Assembly (NCBI RefSeq): GCF_006345805.1
Contig: NC_042997.1
Span: 42,780,001-42,844,000 of the forward strand
Length of the DNA stretch: 64,000 nucleotides
Direction of reading: 5' to 3'
Origin: Octopus sinensis
Taxonomy: Eukaryota
Each line of letters begins with the position of its first letter. The first letter of the stretch is position 1. Made by a program: the position numbers and the translations under genes. The notes below the pieces were generated by a model that saw only the letters and a program-made list of their open reading frames with translations, was not told the DNA's origin and ran no database searches. Shown one piece after another: positions 12,913-25,062 of this stretch.

Positions 12913-13164
12913 GGTTAGTGAGAAGAAATGACAGAATTGTTCCTTAGTTTATTTATGTAGAGGCACAGAAAGTCTATATTTCCCAAGGAAATAAAATAAA
13001 ATAAAACAGTTTCATTCCATTTAATTTCACTGGAAAGTTTGAAGACTCTGTACTTGTATATAAATAAACTAAAGAACAATTTCTTCGTTTCTTCTGACTA
13101 ACCTTATTATTATTACCAGTATACTATTCTAAAGACTATATCAAAAACATTTTGTCCTTACATA

Positions 13165-14610
13165 TCATCATCATCATTTAATGTCTATTTCCATGCTGGT
13201 GTGGATGGGTCAGTTTGGCAGGAGCTTGCAAGCTGAAGGGCTGCACCAGTCTCCAAGTGTCTGTTTTGGCATGGTTTCTACAGCCAGATACCCTTTCTAA
13301 CACCAACCACTTTAGAGAGTGTACTGGGTGCTTTTTACGTGGCCCCAGCACAAATGCTTTTCATATGGAAGCAGCGCTTGTGGGGTCATCAAGTAGATTG
13401 CAAGACAAAGTCCTCTCAGCTGAAAAGAGGGGAACCAAGGGAAGTGTTTGTGTGCCGGGCAAGCGGTTAGAGTATAACAGAGGGACAGAGATAGTTGTCT
13501 TATTATAGAGGAGATACTTAGCTACCCCAGTAGGATAAGGAGGGAGAGGAAGGTGGAAGAGAGTTAGAGAGAAAGGATAGAAAGACAATCAGAGTGTGTG
13601 TAGGTGAGAGGGAGAGAGATGGTGTTGGAGATGTATTGTGGAGGGTCATAAGTAGTACAGAGGGGACAGAAGGGGATGCTCCATAAGAGTGTAAAGGGAG
13701 ATGTTTAAAGTTGGGGAAGGCATGACTGTAACAAGTGATAATGAGAGAAATTGGAGTGTGGTAGATATGTGAGGGCAAGGAGAGTGTGCAGAAAGGCACG
13801 TGAGAGAGTTAAGGTGGAGAGGGACATGTAACAGGCGGTAGGAGTATTGGGAAAATGGGTTGTGGGGGAGTTTTGATAGAAGATAAATTATGTGTCTGGG
13901 AGGGGGTAGTGGCTGTATGAACAGCCATGATTTTACTTAGCTTGACATGTCTTCTCCTCAAGCACAGCAAATTGCCTGAAGTCATGTCCCCTTGTCATCT
14001 CCTCTGTAAGGTTCAACATCTGAAGATCATTTCTCACCACTCTGTCCCTCATCTACACCTTCCACAAGTTCCCTCCACAATGCATCTGTCCTCATACATA
14101 CATACCTATTTCTTTATTACCCACAAGGGGCTAAACATAGAGGGGACAAACATGGACAGACATAGGTATTAAGTCGATTACATTGACCCCAGTGCTTAAC
14201 TGGTACTTAATTTATCGACCCCCGAAAGGATGAAAGGCAAAGTTGACCTCGGCAGAATTTGAACTCACAACGTAACGGCAGCCGGAATACCGCTAAGCAT
14301 TCTCATACATACATACCACATGACCATACCAGTGCAACCATATCTCTGCCCCTTATACCCAATGTTCTCTTAAGTCATTTACACTCTGCTCTACATGAAC
14401 ACTGACATTACCGATCGGCAGGAGCATGCTGGTTCACTTCTTTCAACCCATTAATATGTCTTCTGTAGTCACAGCCCATGCTTCATTGCCATGTAATATA
14501 ATTGTTTGTAGACAGGCATCATACAATCTGCATTTCTCTCTGAGGGAGAGGCTTTTGTTACCAACAAAGGTAGTATCTCTCCGAATTTTGCCTAGTCCAT
14601 TTTTATTCTA
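13165..14610 (-). mobile_element. Old RTE copy: ORF C-terminus 13945-14610, CT-rich 3' UTR, tail; interrupted by SINE C
   Basis: Decayed homology to the 10972-11421 ORF (HGNEAWAVT.ED..WYGHV..); tail CAGATACCCTTTCTAACACCAACCAC. Confidence 0.72.
14107..14301 (-). mobile_element. tRNA-headed SINE family C (5'-truncated), nested in RTE
   Basis: Matches 44505-44733; TSD CTCATACATACATACC (14091-14106/14302-14317). Confidence 0.9.
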
Positions 14611-14832
14611 GCAACTATGCTTCCAAATTTCAGTGATATTATAACGAAATAATGCAAAGGCAAGATACAACATTTTGAACATGACGGAGAGACCAAGCTA
14701 AGGTTGCAGCTAGTACACGTTGCATATATTCCTGTACATACTGAAATTTACTACACTAAACCTAATATGAAAATAATGGGATAAACATGATATGCAACGA
14801 AGATGTGTGTCACAGTATAGCTTTATTGATCT

Positions 14833-15210
14833 CTCTTTACTCTTTTACTCTTTTATTTGTTTCAGTCATTTGACTGCGGCCATGCTGGAGCACCGCCTTT
14901 AATCGAGCAACTTATTCTATCGGTCTGTTTTGCCGAACCGCTAAGTGACGGGGACGTAAACACACCAGCATTGGTTGTCAAGCAATGCTAGGGGGACAAA
15001 CACAGACACACAAACACATACACATACATACATATATATATACATATATACGACAGGCTTCTTTCAGTTTCCGTCTACCAAATCCACTCACAAGTCATTG
15101 GTCGGCCCGGGGCTATAGCAGAAGACACTTGCCCAAGGTGCCACGCAGTGGGACTGAACACAGAACCATGTGGTTGGTTAGCAAGCTACTTACCACACAG
15201 CCACTACTGC
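14833..15210 (-). mobile_element. SINE family B with internal deletion
   Basis: Family B head and tail. Confidence 0.88.
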
Positions 15211-15689
15211 CAAAATATAAAATACAAGGAATGATATTAATACTGTAGTCATAGATACTGTGATGATATGCATTAGCAAGACATGCTTTTGTAACATTTA
15301 AAATCAACTGTTGATATCTGCATTGATATCTTGTGTCTCTCTCCACATCTCAGGCATTTTAACAGCAAGTGAAAAGGTCATATTCTCAGTCATCTTTGAC
15401 CAGTTAATTCTACCCATTTAGCTCAGTAATTTACAATTTAAATGGAAACTTAAAGGAAAATTAAATACAAACCAGTTAAACTGTAAGTATGCCATGTTTA
15501 CAAGGTTACTGAAGTTAAATAAAAAAAAAACAAAAAAACAACTCATTTTGTAAGTCGAAAGAAAACTAGCTACAGTTGCAAATAATTTGCTGAAAAATCT
15601 TAGAGGTTTATCAAACTAGTGCTATAACTTTAATGGAAACAAAAGGTAACTAAATAAATAAAACATACCGATAAAGTACCACCACAAAT

Positions 15690-15872
15690 ATATGTGTATA
15701 TTATATATTATATATATAGATATATATATATATTATATATATATATATACACACACACACATACATACATATATATATATATATATACATACACACACAC
15801 ACATACATACATATTATATATATATATATGTATATATTATATATACACAACATACATACATATTTATATATA
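15690..15872. repeat. Compound (TA)/(CA) microsatellite
   Basis: Directly visible; similar tracts at 16510-16790 and 16975-17253. Confidence 0.95.
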
Positions 15873-16023
15873 TACGGTTAAGTAATTGAGATTCAAGTGA
15901 ATTCTAAAGAATTCACATGAATATGGTCCTTAACTAGGATGCACGGAAATCATATATGGTGTTAACCATACGACAAGTGGGGTGATTTACAATAATAAAA
16001 AAAGCAACAAGAATGGATTAAAA

Positions 16024-16110
16024 TCTCGGTACGATCGTTTCGTACGAGGACATCTTTAATAGCTACAAAAAATGCAGTGAATACAGATGGCTCGTACTCG
16101 TCAGCCGAAA
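16024..16110 (-). ncRNA. Type-I hammerhead ribozyme motif, intact
   Basis: Stem I UUUCGG/CCGAGA, core CUGACGA, stem II GUACGAG/CUCGUAC, GAAA, palindromic stem III ACGAUCGU, GUA cleavage triplet. Confidence 0.85.
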
Positions 16111-16392
16111 AACATCAGAGAATTCCAAACATCAAAAAGGGTAGATACAAAAGAGGTTGTAGATTAACTGCATTGAAGAAAGTTCGATTCATGAGATCCG
16201 ATGAAAGGTTTTAAACTACAGAATTGTGCATGTCTACAATAGCTCATATTGAATTTTTAATCAAGTTGTGTGAAGAAATTTCGGATACAGTCATGCATAA
16301 ATTTCTGAAAACGATATAAGAGGCAAAGTGACTGTAATCTTACAACCTCTTTTGTATCTACCCTTTTGATGTTTGGGAATTTCTCTATGTTT

Positions 16393-16481
16393 TTTCGGTG
16401 CTGACGAGTACGAGCCATCTGTATTCACTGCATTTTTTGTAGCTTATAAAGATGTCCTCGTACGAAACGATCGTACCGAGA
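16393..16481 (+). ncRNA. Type-I hammerhead ribozyme motif with 2-nt insertion in stem I
   Basis: TTTCGG(TG)CTGACGAGTACGAG...CTCGTACGAAACGATCGTA CCGAGA. Confidence 0.75.
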
Positions 16482-16704
16482 TTTTAATCCATTCTTGTTG
16501 CTTTTTTCCTATTTGTATATTATATAATATATATGTGTATATATATATATATACACACACATACATACAGATTATATATATATACATATGTATATATATA
16601 TATATATACCACACACATAAGATGTATTATATATATACACACATACATACTATTATATATAATATACATATGTATATATATATACACACACATACATACA
16701 TATT

Positions 16705-16738
<34 letters not shown>

Positions 16739-16850
16739 ATACACACACATACAACAGATTTATATATATATAATATATTATTATACATACATATTTGATA
16801 GATCGTTAGCCACTATACATTTTTTTTCTCTCCTTGTTTTTTCTGTGTCC

Positions 16851-16886
16851 CTTTCTGTAGAAGAGCGTAGGCTCGAAACGTAAAAG
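16851..16886 (+). ncRNA. Minimal type-I hammerhead-like motif with core variant (A6U)
   Basis: CTTT CTGTAGA A GAGC GTAG GCTC GAAA CG TA AAAG: stems I and II and palindromic ACGU present; core CUGUAGA deviates from CUGANGA. Confidence 0.6.
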
Positions 16887-17145
16887 ACTTTTCTATTCCT
16901 GAGCGTTATACTAATACATTGTTGTTTTGTACACAACTGTCTTCGTCTTTTGTTTTTTTCGTAAACTCTCCTAATATATATACATACATACATACAAACA
17001 TACATATATATATACATATACATACATATACACACACACACACATATAGATATACATATATACATATACACACACACACAACATATAGATATACATATAT
17101 CATATACACACACACACACACATATAGATATACATATATACATAT

Positions 17146-17214
<69 letters not shown>

Positions 17215-17217
17215 TAT

Positions 17218-17255
<38 letters not shown>

Positions 17256-18014
17256 AATAATTCTGTAAAATAGTAAAGTGGAAAGAGAAAAATGTCCTTC
17301 AGTGTAAAGTGTAATTTTTAGAAGGATTCAAATGTACTGATACACAAATGTGTCAAGCTATATTCAAGACTGTTAGAGGGATTGAAATTTAGAATAGAAA
17401 AATTAGTTTACAAAAATAGTATACTAAGAGTTTTGTCTAAAATCTAAACTATTTAATCTAAAATATTTAATCCAGCCCAAGCTAATGTGTGTTTTCATAA
17501 AAAAATTTAAAAAAAAACATTAATTGAAGGGAAACTAAATTTATTTAAGTAGAGTATAGCATTTATCTTTTACAAAGCAAAAGTCGACTGTGACTGTAAA
17601 GTTTCAACTGAGCTGCTTTTGTCAGATTGTGAAGTTTGTCTGGATTTCCAAGTCTTTCATATTTTTTTGATTCAGCTTGTGGATGGGGTATAATGGTTGT
17701 AAAGTAGGTGCAATTTAATAGTATATTTTTGTAACATATAAAGAAACATCTTTATGGATTATTTAATTAGATGAACAGAAATGAGGAAATGTGGAGAGAA
17801 AGAAGTTGAAAAAGAAGAGGAAGAAAAATGAAAGGTAAATGTTTATAGGGTGATGATTAAAAGTAAGAAAAGAGAAAGAAAACATTGTTCTAACTGGGAA
17901 AGTGTCATTTGCTTTGTTCAAGTTAGAGAGGCAACACCTGCTTTAAACAGGTTACTTCGTTTTTGTACCTGGTTTGCAAGATCCTTTATGTGGACTTGTC
18001 CGTTGAAACAAATT

Positions 18015-18172
18015 TTGTGTCTGGGGAGAGTTATACTGCCTTAATATCTAACACACTCACTGGTCCAATTTCCACTCATTTATAATTTTTGGAAGACACA
18101 AGAAAAAAAATGAGTGGAAATTGAACCAGTGAATGTGTTAGATATTAAGGCAGTATGACTCTCCCTAGACAT
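18015..18172. repeat. Fold-back (MITE-like) palindrome
   Basis: ~65-bp arms TGTCTGGGGAGAGTTATACTGCCTTAATATCTAACAC.. / ..GTGTTAGATATTAAGGCAGTATGACTCTCCCTAGACA. Confidence 0.85.
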
Positions 18173-18573
18173 AACAATATGTATATATATGTATGTGTGT
18201 ATATATATACAAACAAAAAGAACGCAGCTCTGATAATGGACAGTCAACTAATATTGATGAGGTTGCAATGTTGCAAGAAACAATGAACATTTTAGAAAAA
18301 ATAAGTAAACAAGTGGAAATTAAACTGGTAAGTGTGTTAATAAATAAGGCATTAAAACAAAATGACTCTCCCCAGACACAATAAAATATATATATAGTTG
18401 AAAAAAGATTAGAGATCTATATAAATCAAATTTTTACATATAAAAGATGGAGGTAGAAATAGCACAGAAGTAAGTCTAAGACATTTCAATTTAAGAGGGA
18501 ATTTAATAAAACTGATTTTAAAAATTATATAAAGAAAATATTATCAGTTTTGATGAATTCCATCTTATCAAAC

Positions 18574-18704
18574 ATCAGTAAAAATTTATAAAAATTTGAA
18601 ATAAAAACAGTTTATCTTTGGTCTGGGGGTCAAGAACACGTCTCTTGACCCCCAGACAAAAGATAAACTGTTTTTACTTCAAATTTTAATAAATTTTTAC
18701 TGAT
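18574..18704. repeat. Fold-back palindrome
   Basis: ~60-bp arms around ACACG loop (GTCTGGGGGTCAAGA / TCTTGACCCCCAGAC), about 3 mismatches. Confidence 0.88.
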
Positions 18705-18705
18705 A

Positions 18706-19403
18706 AAGACCTGGGATGAGGTGGTGAAGCAAGACCTTTGAACATTGGGCCTCACCGAGGCAATGACTAGTGACCGAGACCTTTGGAAATATACTGTGCT
18801 TGAGAAGACCTGGCAAGCCAAGTAAGACCATAACCTGTGGCCTATGTCAGCAGTGTAACCAGCCTACTTATGCGTTGCTTGTGAAGACCTGTTGAGGCAA
18901 GTGAAATCACAATCAAAATCAGATTCACTAACGTGGCCAATGACAGCACTGCATGACTGGCACCTGTGCCAGTGGAACATTAAAAGCACCATCCGAGTGT
19001 CATCAATGCCAGGGCTGCTGACTGGCTTCCGTACCAGTGGCACATAAAAAGCACCATTCAAGCATGATCATTACCAGCATCGCCTTACTGGCACATGAAA
19101 AACAACATTCGAGCGAGGTTGTTAGGTCATTGCCAGTGCCGCTGGACTGGCTCCTGTGCAGGTGGCACATGAAAAACACCATTTGAGCATGGCTGTCGCC
19201 AGTACTGTCTGACTGGCTCTCGTGCTGGTGGCACTTTAAAAGCAACCACTACACTCTCGGAGTGGTTGGCATTAGGAAGGGCACCCAGCTATAGAAACTC
19301 TGCCAGATCAGATTTGAGCCTGGTGCAGCCATCTGGCTCACCAGTCCTCAGTCAAACTGTCCAACCCATGCCAGCAAGGAAAGCAGATGATGATGATGAT
19401 GAT
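18706..19403 (+). mobile_element. RTE LINE 3' end (ORF end, about 5 units, (GAT)n)
   Basis: KTWDEVVKQDL*TLGLTEAMTSDRDLWKYTVLEKTWQAK* followed by 3' UTR and tail. Confidence 0.9.
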
Positions 19404-19987
19404 TTGATAAATTGAGATACATTGAAGCCAGTAATATTTTCTTTATATAATTTTTAAAATCATTTTTATCAAATTTCCTCTTAAGTTGAAATGTCTTAGA
19501 CTTACCTCTGTGCTATTTTCTCCTCCACCTTATATATATATATATATATATATATCTTAGAGAGTTACCAATCTTATGACAAGTAACTTTGGAAGTATAC
19601 TTTTGTTACCATGGTTACTACCAGGAAATATGTTATGCATACAATAGTTATAATTCAATTTTTATCAAATTTCTTGGTGCTTGTACAAAATGCTGAAATG
19701 AATGCTACTTTTCAAAAGGAAAATATTTATTAAAATGAAATAAAATAGATTTCTCATTTGTATATTTAGTTTATTAAACTTAATTAATAAATTTCAATGT
19801 ACCCCGTCAAAAACCTATCTTTGCAAAATTTCATTAAAAATGTTTATTCTTCAGTGCCTTGCATGTGTACGCATCCGGTACCTCTTGTATGAATGCCTTC
19901 TGTACCTCTCTCTCCATACAATGTAAAGCATGATTAGAGAAATCAAATAACCAACATTTATATCAGTTATTATTATATAGAGATGGT

Positions 19988-20366
19988 GGAGGCGCAATGG
20001 CCCAGTGATTAGGGCAGCGGACTGGCGGTCATAGGATCGCAGTTTCGATTCCCAGACTGGGCGTTGTGAGTGTTTATTGAGCGAAAACACCTAAAGCTCC
20101 ACGAGGCTCTGGCAGGGGGATAGTGGTAAATCCCTGCTGTACCCTTTCACCACAACTTTCTCTTACTTCCTGTTTCTGTTGTACCTGTATTTCAAAGGGC
20201 CAGCCTTGTTACACTCTGTGTCACGCTGAATATCCCCGAGAACTATGTTAAGGGTACACGTGTCTGTGGAGTGCTCAGCCACTTACACGTTAATTTCACA
20301 AGCAGGCTGTTCCGTTGATTCAGATCAACCGGAACCCTCGTCGTCGTAACCGACAGAGTGCTTCCA
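19988..20366 (+). mobile_element. SINE family A
   Basis: TSD about ATATAGAGAT; colinear with other copies. Confidence 0.92.
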
Positions 20367-20756
20367 TCATATAGAGATACATAAATATACCTACACACAC
20401 ACACATACAATTTCATTACCTTCCCCTAGCAACTGCTTGTCAAGTTTACCCTTCCGCTTAAACTGTAGTTATATATCATGTGTATGTGTGTGTATGTGTG
20501 CACACACTTGCAAGCGTGTGTGTGTGTAAGCATGTGTCATGTATTAGGCATCTGTTGATTATACACCTTTCATCATCTTTACTACTCCCTACCACCGGTT
20601 GTCAATTTTTATGTTCCTGTATTGACTTTAACTTCAACCCCCACTGAGAACAACTTTACTCTTCATCCTCTCCGCATTGATTAAAAGAGTACCAATCTAG
20701 GGCAGTGGAACAACAGAGTTTCTAGAGGATTGAGCAAGGTACTGTGCAATAATTGT

Positions 20757-21093
20757 TTCAGTGGCTCAGTGGTTAGAGCGTCGAGCTTACGATCACGAGG
20801 TTGTGAGCTCAAATCCCGGACCAGGCTGTGTGTTGTTTTCTTGAGCAAGACACTTTATTTCACGTTGCTCCAGTTCACTCAGCTGTAGAAATGAGTTGCG
20901 ACGTCTCTGGTGCCAAGCTGTATCGACCTTTGTCTTTCCCTTGGATAACACTGGTGGCATGGAGAGGGGAGGCCGGTATGCATGGGCGACTGCTGGTCTT
21001 CCATAAACAACCTTGCCCGGACTTGTGTCTAGGAGGGTAACTTTCTAGGTGCAATCCCATGGTCACTCATGACCGAAGGGGGTCTTTACCCTC
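20757..21093 (+). mobile_element. tRNA-headed CORE-type SINE family E
   Basis: A box TGGCTCAGTGG; CORE-like TTGAGCAAGACACTTTATTTCAC..CTCAGCTGTAGAAATG; second copy at 63460. Confidence 0.8.
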
Positions 21094-21189
21094 TTAGCAT
21101 TTTGAAAGCAATGCCTGCAATGACACAGTTGCCAAACTGCATCAACCCAGGTTGGTAGCTTTTCCGTCCAATAAAGATCAGCGTTGCAG

Positions 21190-21870
21190 AGAGAGAAGAC
21201 TGCATGCATGGATAGCAGCTGGACTTCCTCAAGAATTTTCCCCAGGTTTGTGCATACATGTGCAAATGTATGGCTGATTTTGACAGATGATGGCCTTAGA
21301 GAAGCTGTGGAGGTTTTTTTTCTCTCTAAATCCATTGGTTGTACATGGTTTGACAGTATTTAGAATTAAAGCCCCTTTGTCTCAATAAAAATTACCCAAG
21401 ATTCCAGGAAAGCAGGCTTCCATTTTTGCAGTATGTAGAGACGATGAGGTCACTAGTTTCCGTAGAGTTCTGGGTACTGACAGGTAACATTGAAAGGATT
21501 CTTAGATTTTCTGGTAATCCATATGTTATCATATTTGACGACTGGTTTTCAAGCCTGTATTTCAATTTCTTTCTCTGCGATAGTGGCGATTCATTTAGCA
21601 TAAATAATTGTATTAATCAATATGAGCAGAGTGATTAATGCATAACAATCACAAATGCTGAACTGGAAAAATTTGCATCTGTTTTCATCGGGAATTGCTT
21701 TAAGCCATTTAATGACTTCCACTGCACAATTCCATAGAGATAAAGGTAAGGGGATTATTTTACCAAGGATATATTTGCCGATCTGCCATATTTTAGTCTT
21801 AGTAGGATTGATCAGTCACATAAATTTTACAAATCATTTATCTTCTCTCATGGCTAATAATGGCTAAAAG
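21190..21870 (-). pseudogene. Decayed Penelope-like element (PLE) reverse transcriptase
   Basis: Hand translation: (*)LINPTKTKIWQIGKYILGKI..W..AVEVIKWLKAIPDENRCKFFQFSICDCY..KPVVKYDNIWITRKSKNPFNVT..TETSDLI..FY(*)DKGALILN; motif order matches PLE RT RLINP..FDI.DFY..FDVTMG..YRDDG as recalled; stops and frameshifts. Confidence 0.7.
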
Positions 21871-22196
21871 CTCTGTAAGAGTGCATCTATCAGTGAGTGT
21901 GTTTAAGCATTACTCTTTCTGTTATTCCATTCATAAAATATTTCACTTTCTTATTTCATCTCTTAACATAAAACTTTTCACCCTCATCATGATTAATGGC
22001 TATAAATCCATTGATTCTAACACCATACTGATGTGTTAGACCATTAGCATTGTTTTGCTTTGACTTTGAATCAGTTACCATTGTAACTGACTTTATTCAT
22101 GTTTCATCTTTGCTTCATTGTAATTCAACACTCTTAAGAGTTTTAACAAAATAACATGATCATCCCACAGATGCTGATTTAACAACTAAAAACATC

Positions 22197-22401
22197 CTTC
22201 ATCATCATCATCATCATCATCATCATCGTTTAGCGTCCGCTTTCCATGCTAGCATGGGTTGGATGGTTCAACCGGGGATCTGGGAAGCCAGAAGGCTGCA
22301 CCAGGCTCCGGTCTTATCTGGCAATGTTTCTACAGCTGAATGCCCTTCCTAACGCCAACCACTCCGTGAGTGTAGTGGGTGCTTTTTACATGCCACCCGC
22401 A
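22197..22401 (-). mobile_element. RTE 3' tail fragment
   Basis: (ATC)n and conserved tail. Confidence 0.88.
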
Positions 22402-23368
22402 TCCTTATATTATAAATGTCATTATCATGATAATTATCATTTTAATGTCCACTTTTTTCAAGGGAGGTAATATTTCCACATGGAAGATTGGAAATGAAGG
22501 ATGGTAACACTTGTTTACAACTATTATGCGGTGTCAAGACAGGAGACAGTAACACAGGCACACATACGATGGATTTCTTTCAGTTTCTCTCTACCAAACC
22601 CACACACAAGGCTTCGGATGGCCCATGGCTATAGAAGAAGACACTTGTCCAAAGTGCCATGAAGCAGGACTGAATCCAAAACTGTGTGGTTGGGAAGTAA
22701 AATTCTTACTACACAACCACACCCCCACTTATGGACCATGCCTACACCTATGTTGTAAATTATATTTAACACTAATAATTGCACACAATATTGAACAATT
22801 TTGTTTTTGGAACTCGTCAACTTCCACCAAAATACAACCTCATACTCTTCCACTTCAGTCTGTCGATCACAAAGATTGTATAAGCCAATGAAGGTACCTC
22901 TAATGTTTACTCAACCTGCTAGAAATAGCAGCCAAATATCCCACAATTCAAACCCCACCATCTTAGAAAAGGACATGCTGGACAAAGTGGTTCTGAACGT
23001 CTTGCTAAAAGACAGAATGGTCTCAACCGAAATCCTGCAGCACCAGAATTCCTGTCTGTATGTGGTCACCCATAGCAGCCACCCAAAGCTTCCTCAACAA
23101 CTGATGTACAAGTAGTCACCTCCCTCCCTCCATTTTCTTAAAAATATTTCCATGAAAGATGGAAACAAAAACAAAAATAATTGAAATAGATTCTAAAATA
23201 TATAAGGAAGATGAAAATAAATAGTGAAATGAATTCAAAAGATCAAAAATCATAACTTTGATTAGTTCGGTGGTTGTTGACCCACTTCGGATACAAGTAT
23301 TCTTCAGAAGTACAAGTGTTTGAGAAGATTTTGTGAAAATAGATGGCGTTACCAAAAAGAAATGAATA

Positions 23369-23771
23369 GGCGCAGGAGTGGCTGTGTGGTAAGTAGCTTG
23401 CTAACCAGCCACATGGTTCCGGGTTCAGTCCCACTGCATGGCATCTCGGGCAAGTGTCTTTTACTATAGCCCCGGGCCGACCAATGCCTTGTGAGTGGAT
23501 TTGGTAGACGGAAACTGAAAGAAGCCTGTCGTATATATGTATATATATGTATGTATGTGTGTGTGTGTGTTGTGTGTGTGTGTTTGTCCCCCTAGCATTG
23601 CTTGACAACCAATGCTGGTGTGTTTACGTCCCCGTCACTTAGCGGTTCGGCAAAAGAGACCGATAGAATAAGTACTAGGCTTACAAAGAATAAGTCCCGG
23701 GGTCGATTTGCTTGACTAAAGGCGGTGCTCCAGCATGGCCGCAGTCAAATGACTGAAACAAGTAAAAGAGT
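23369..23771 (+). mobile_element. SINE family B
   Basis: GGCGCAGGAGTGGCTGTGTGG head through GTAAAAGAG tail. Confidence 0.92.
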
Positions 23772-23972
23772 ATGTGAAAATGGAAGCAGAAATTTAAAAC
23801 ATGAGCCTGACGAAACTTTTTCAGGTGCAAGCGTAGCTGTGTGGAGGAGAAGCTTGTTTCTAAACCAGAGGGTCCTGGGTTTTGCAGCACCTTGCAGTAC
23901 TTTGGACAAGTGTTTTCTACTTGGGCTGACCAGAGGCTAGTAAGTAGAGTTGGAACAGAGACTGAAAGAAGC

Positions 23973-24006
<34 letters not shown>

Positions 24007-24093
24007 GTGTGTACCCATGTCTCGACATCCTGTGATGGTTGTAAATATTGCTGTTCATTTCCAGTCTACCATGAAAAACATGTCTGGTCATAT

Positions 24094-24504
24094 GCGCAGG
24101 AGTGGCTGTGTGGTAAGTAGCTTGCTAACCAACCACATGGTTCCAGGTTCAGTCCCACTGCGTGGCATCTTGGGCAAGTGTCTTCTGCTATAGCCTCGGG
24201 CCGACCAAAGCCTTGTGAGTGGATTTGGTAGACGGAAACTGAAAGAAGCCTGTCGTATATATGTATATATGTATGTATGTGTGTGTATATGTTTGTGTGT
24301 GTGTGTTTTTGTCCCTTTAGCATTGCTTGACAACTGGTGCTGGTGTGTTTAAGTCCCCGTCACTTAGCGGTTCGGCAAAAGAGATCGATAGAATAAGTAC
24401 TGGGCTTACAAAGAATAAGTCCCGGGGTCAATTTGCTCAACCAAAGGCGGTGCTCCAGCATGGCCGCAGTCAAATGGCTGAAACAAGTAAAAGAGTAAAA
24501 GAGT
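24094..24504 (+). mobile_element. SINE family B
   Basis: Full head and tail; preceded by a decayed family B head at ~23850-24090. Confidence 0.92.
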
Positions 24505-24764
24505 ATAGGGAAATATTACCTTGCTTGGAAGCAGGTAAAGAGGCTGGCAGCAGGAAGGGCATCCGGCCATAGAAAACTGCCTCAACAAGTCCCATCTGAC
24601 CCATGCAAGCATGAAAAATGGACATTGAATGGTGGTGGTGGTGATGATGATGATGTTAATGGAAGTAAAACAATGTCTTATCACAAAAATATTTTTGCAT
24701 GATTATCCACCCAGATAAGAATCCCAAACAAAAATGAAAACAAGTTGTGTTTAAACCTTTAGCA

Positions 24765-25006
24765 TCCAGATTACACTGTCAAATTTAATAGTTACTCTCT
24801 TTACTCTTTTAATTGTTTCAGTCATTTGACTGCGGCCATGCTGGAGTAGCGCCTTTAATCGAGCAACTCGCCCCCGAGACTTATTCATTGTAAGCCCAGT
24901 ACTTATTCTATCGGTCTCTTTTGCCGAACCGCTAAGTGACGGGGACGTAAACACACCAGCATCGGTTGTCAAGCAATGCTAGGGGGACAAACACAGACAC
25001 ACAAAC

Positions 25007-25062
<56 letters not shown>

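Larger units (their letters stand above)
16000..16507. repeat. Inverted repeat (~170-bp arms 16000-16172 and 16335-16507), probably Penelope-like element derived
   Basis: Arms are reverse complements with few mismatches; each carries a hammerhead motif. Confidence 0.85.

Noticed and set aside
21392-21601. ORF resembling a WD40-like host exon (..LIVSTYCKNGSLLSWNL)
   Set aside because: Neighbouring frames give Penelope-like RT motifs, so it is better explained as a frameshifted RT relic.
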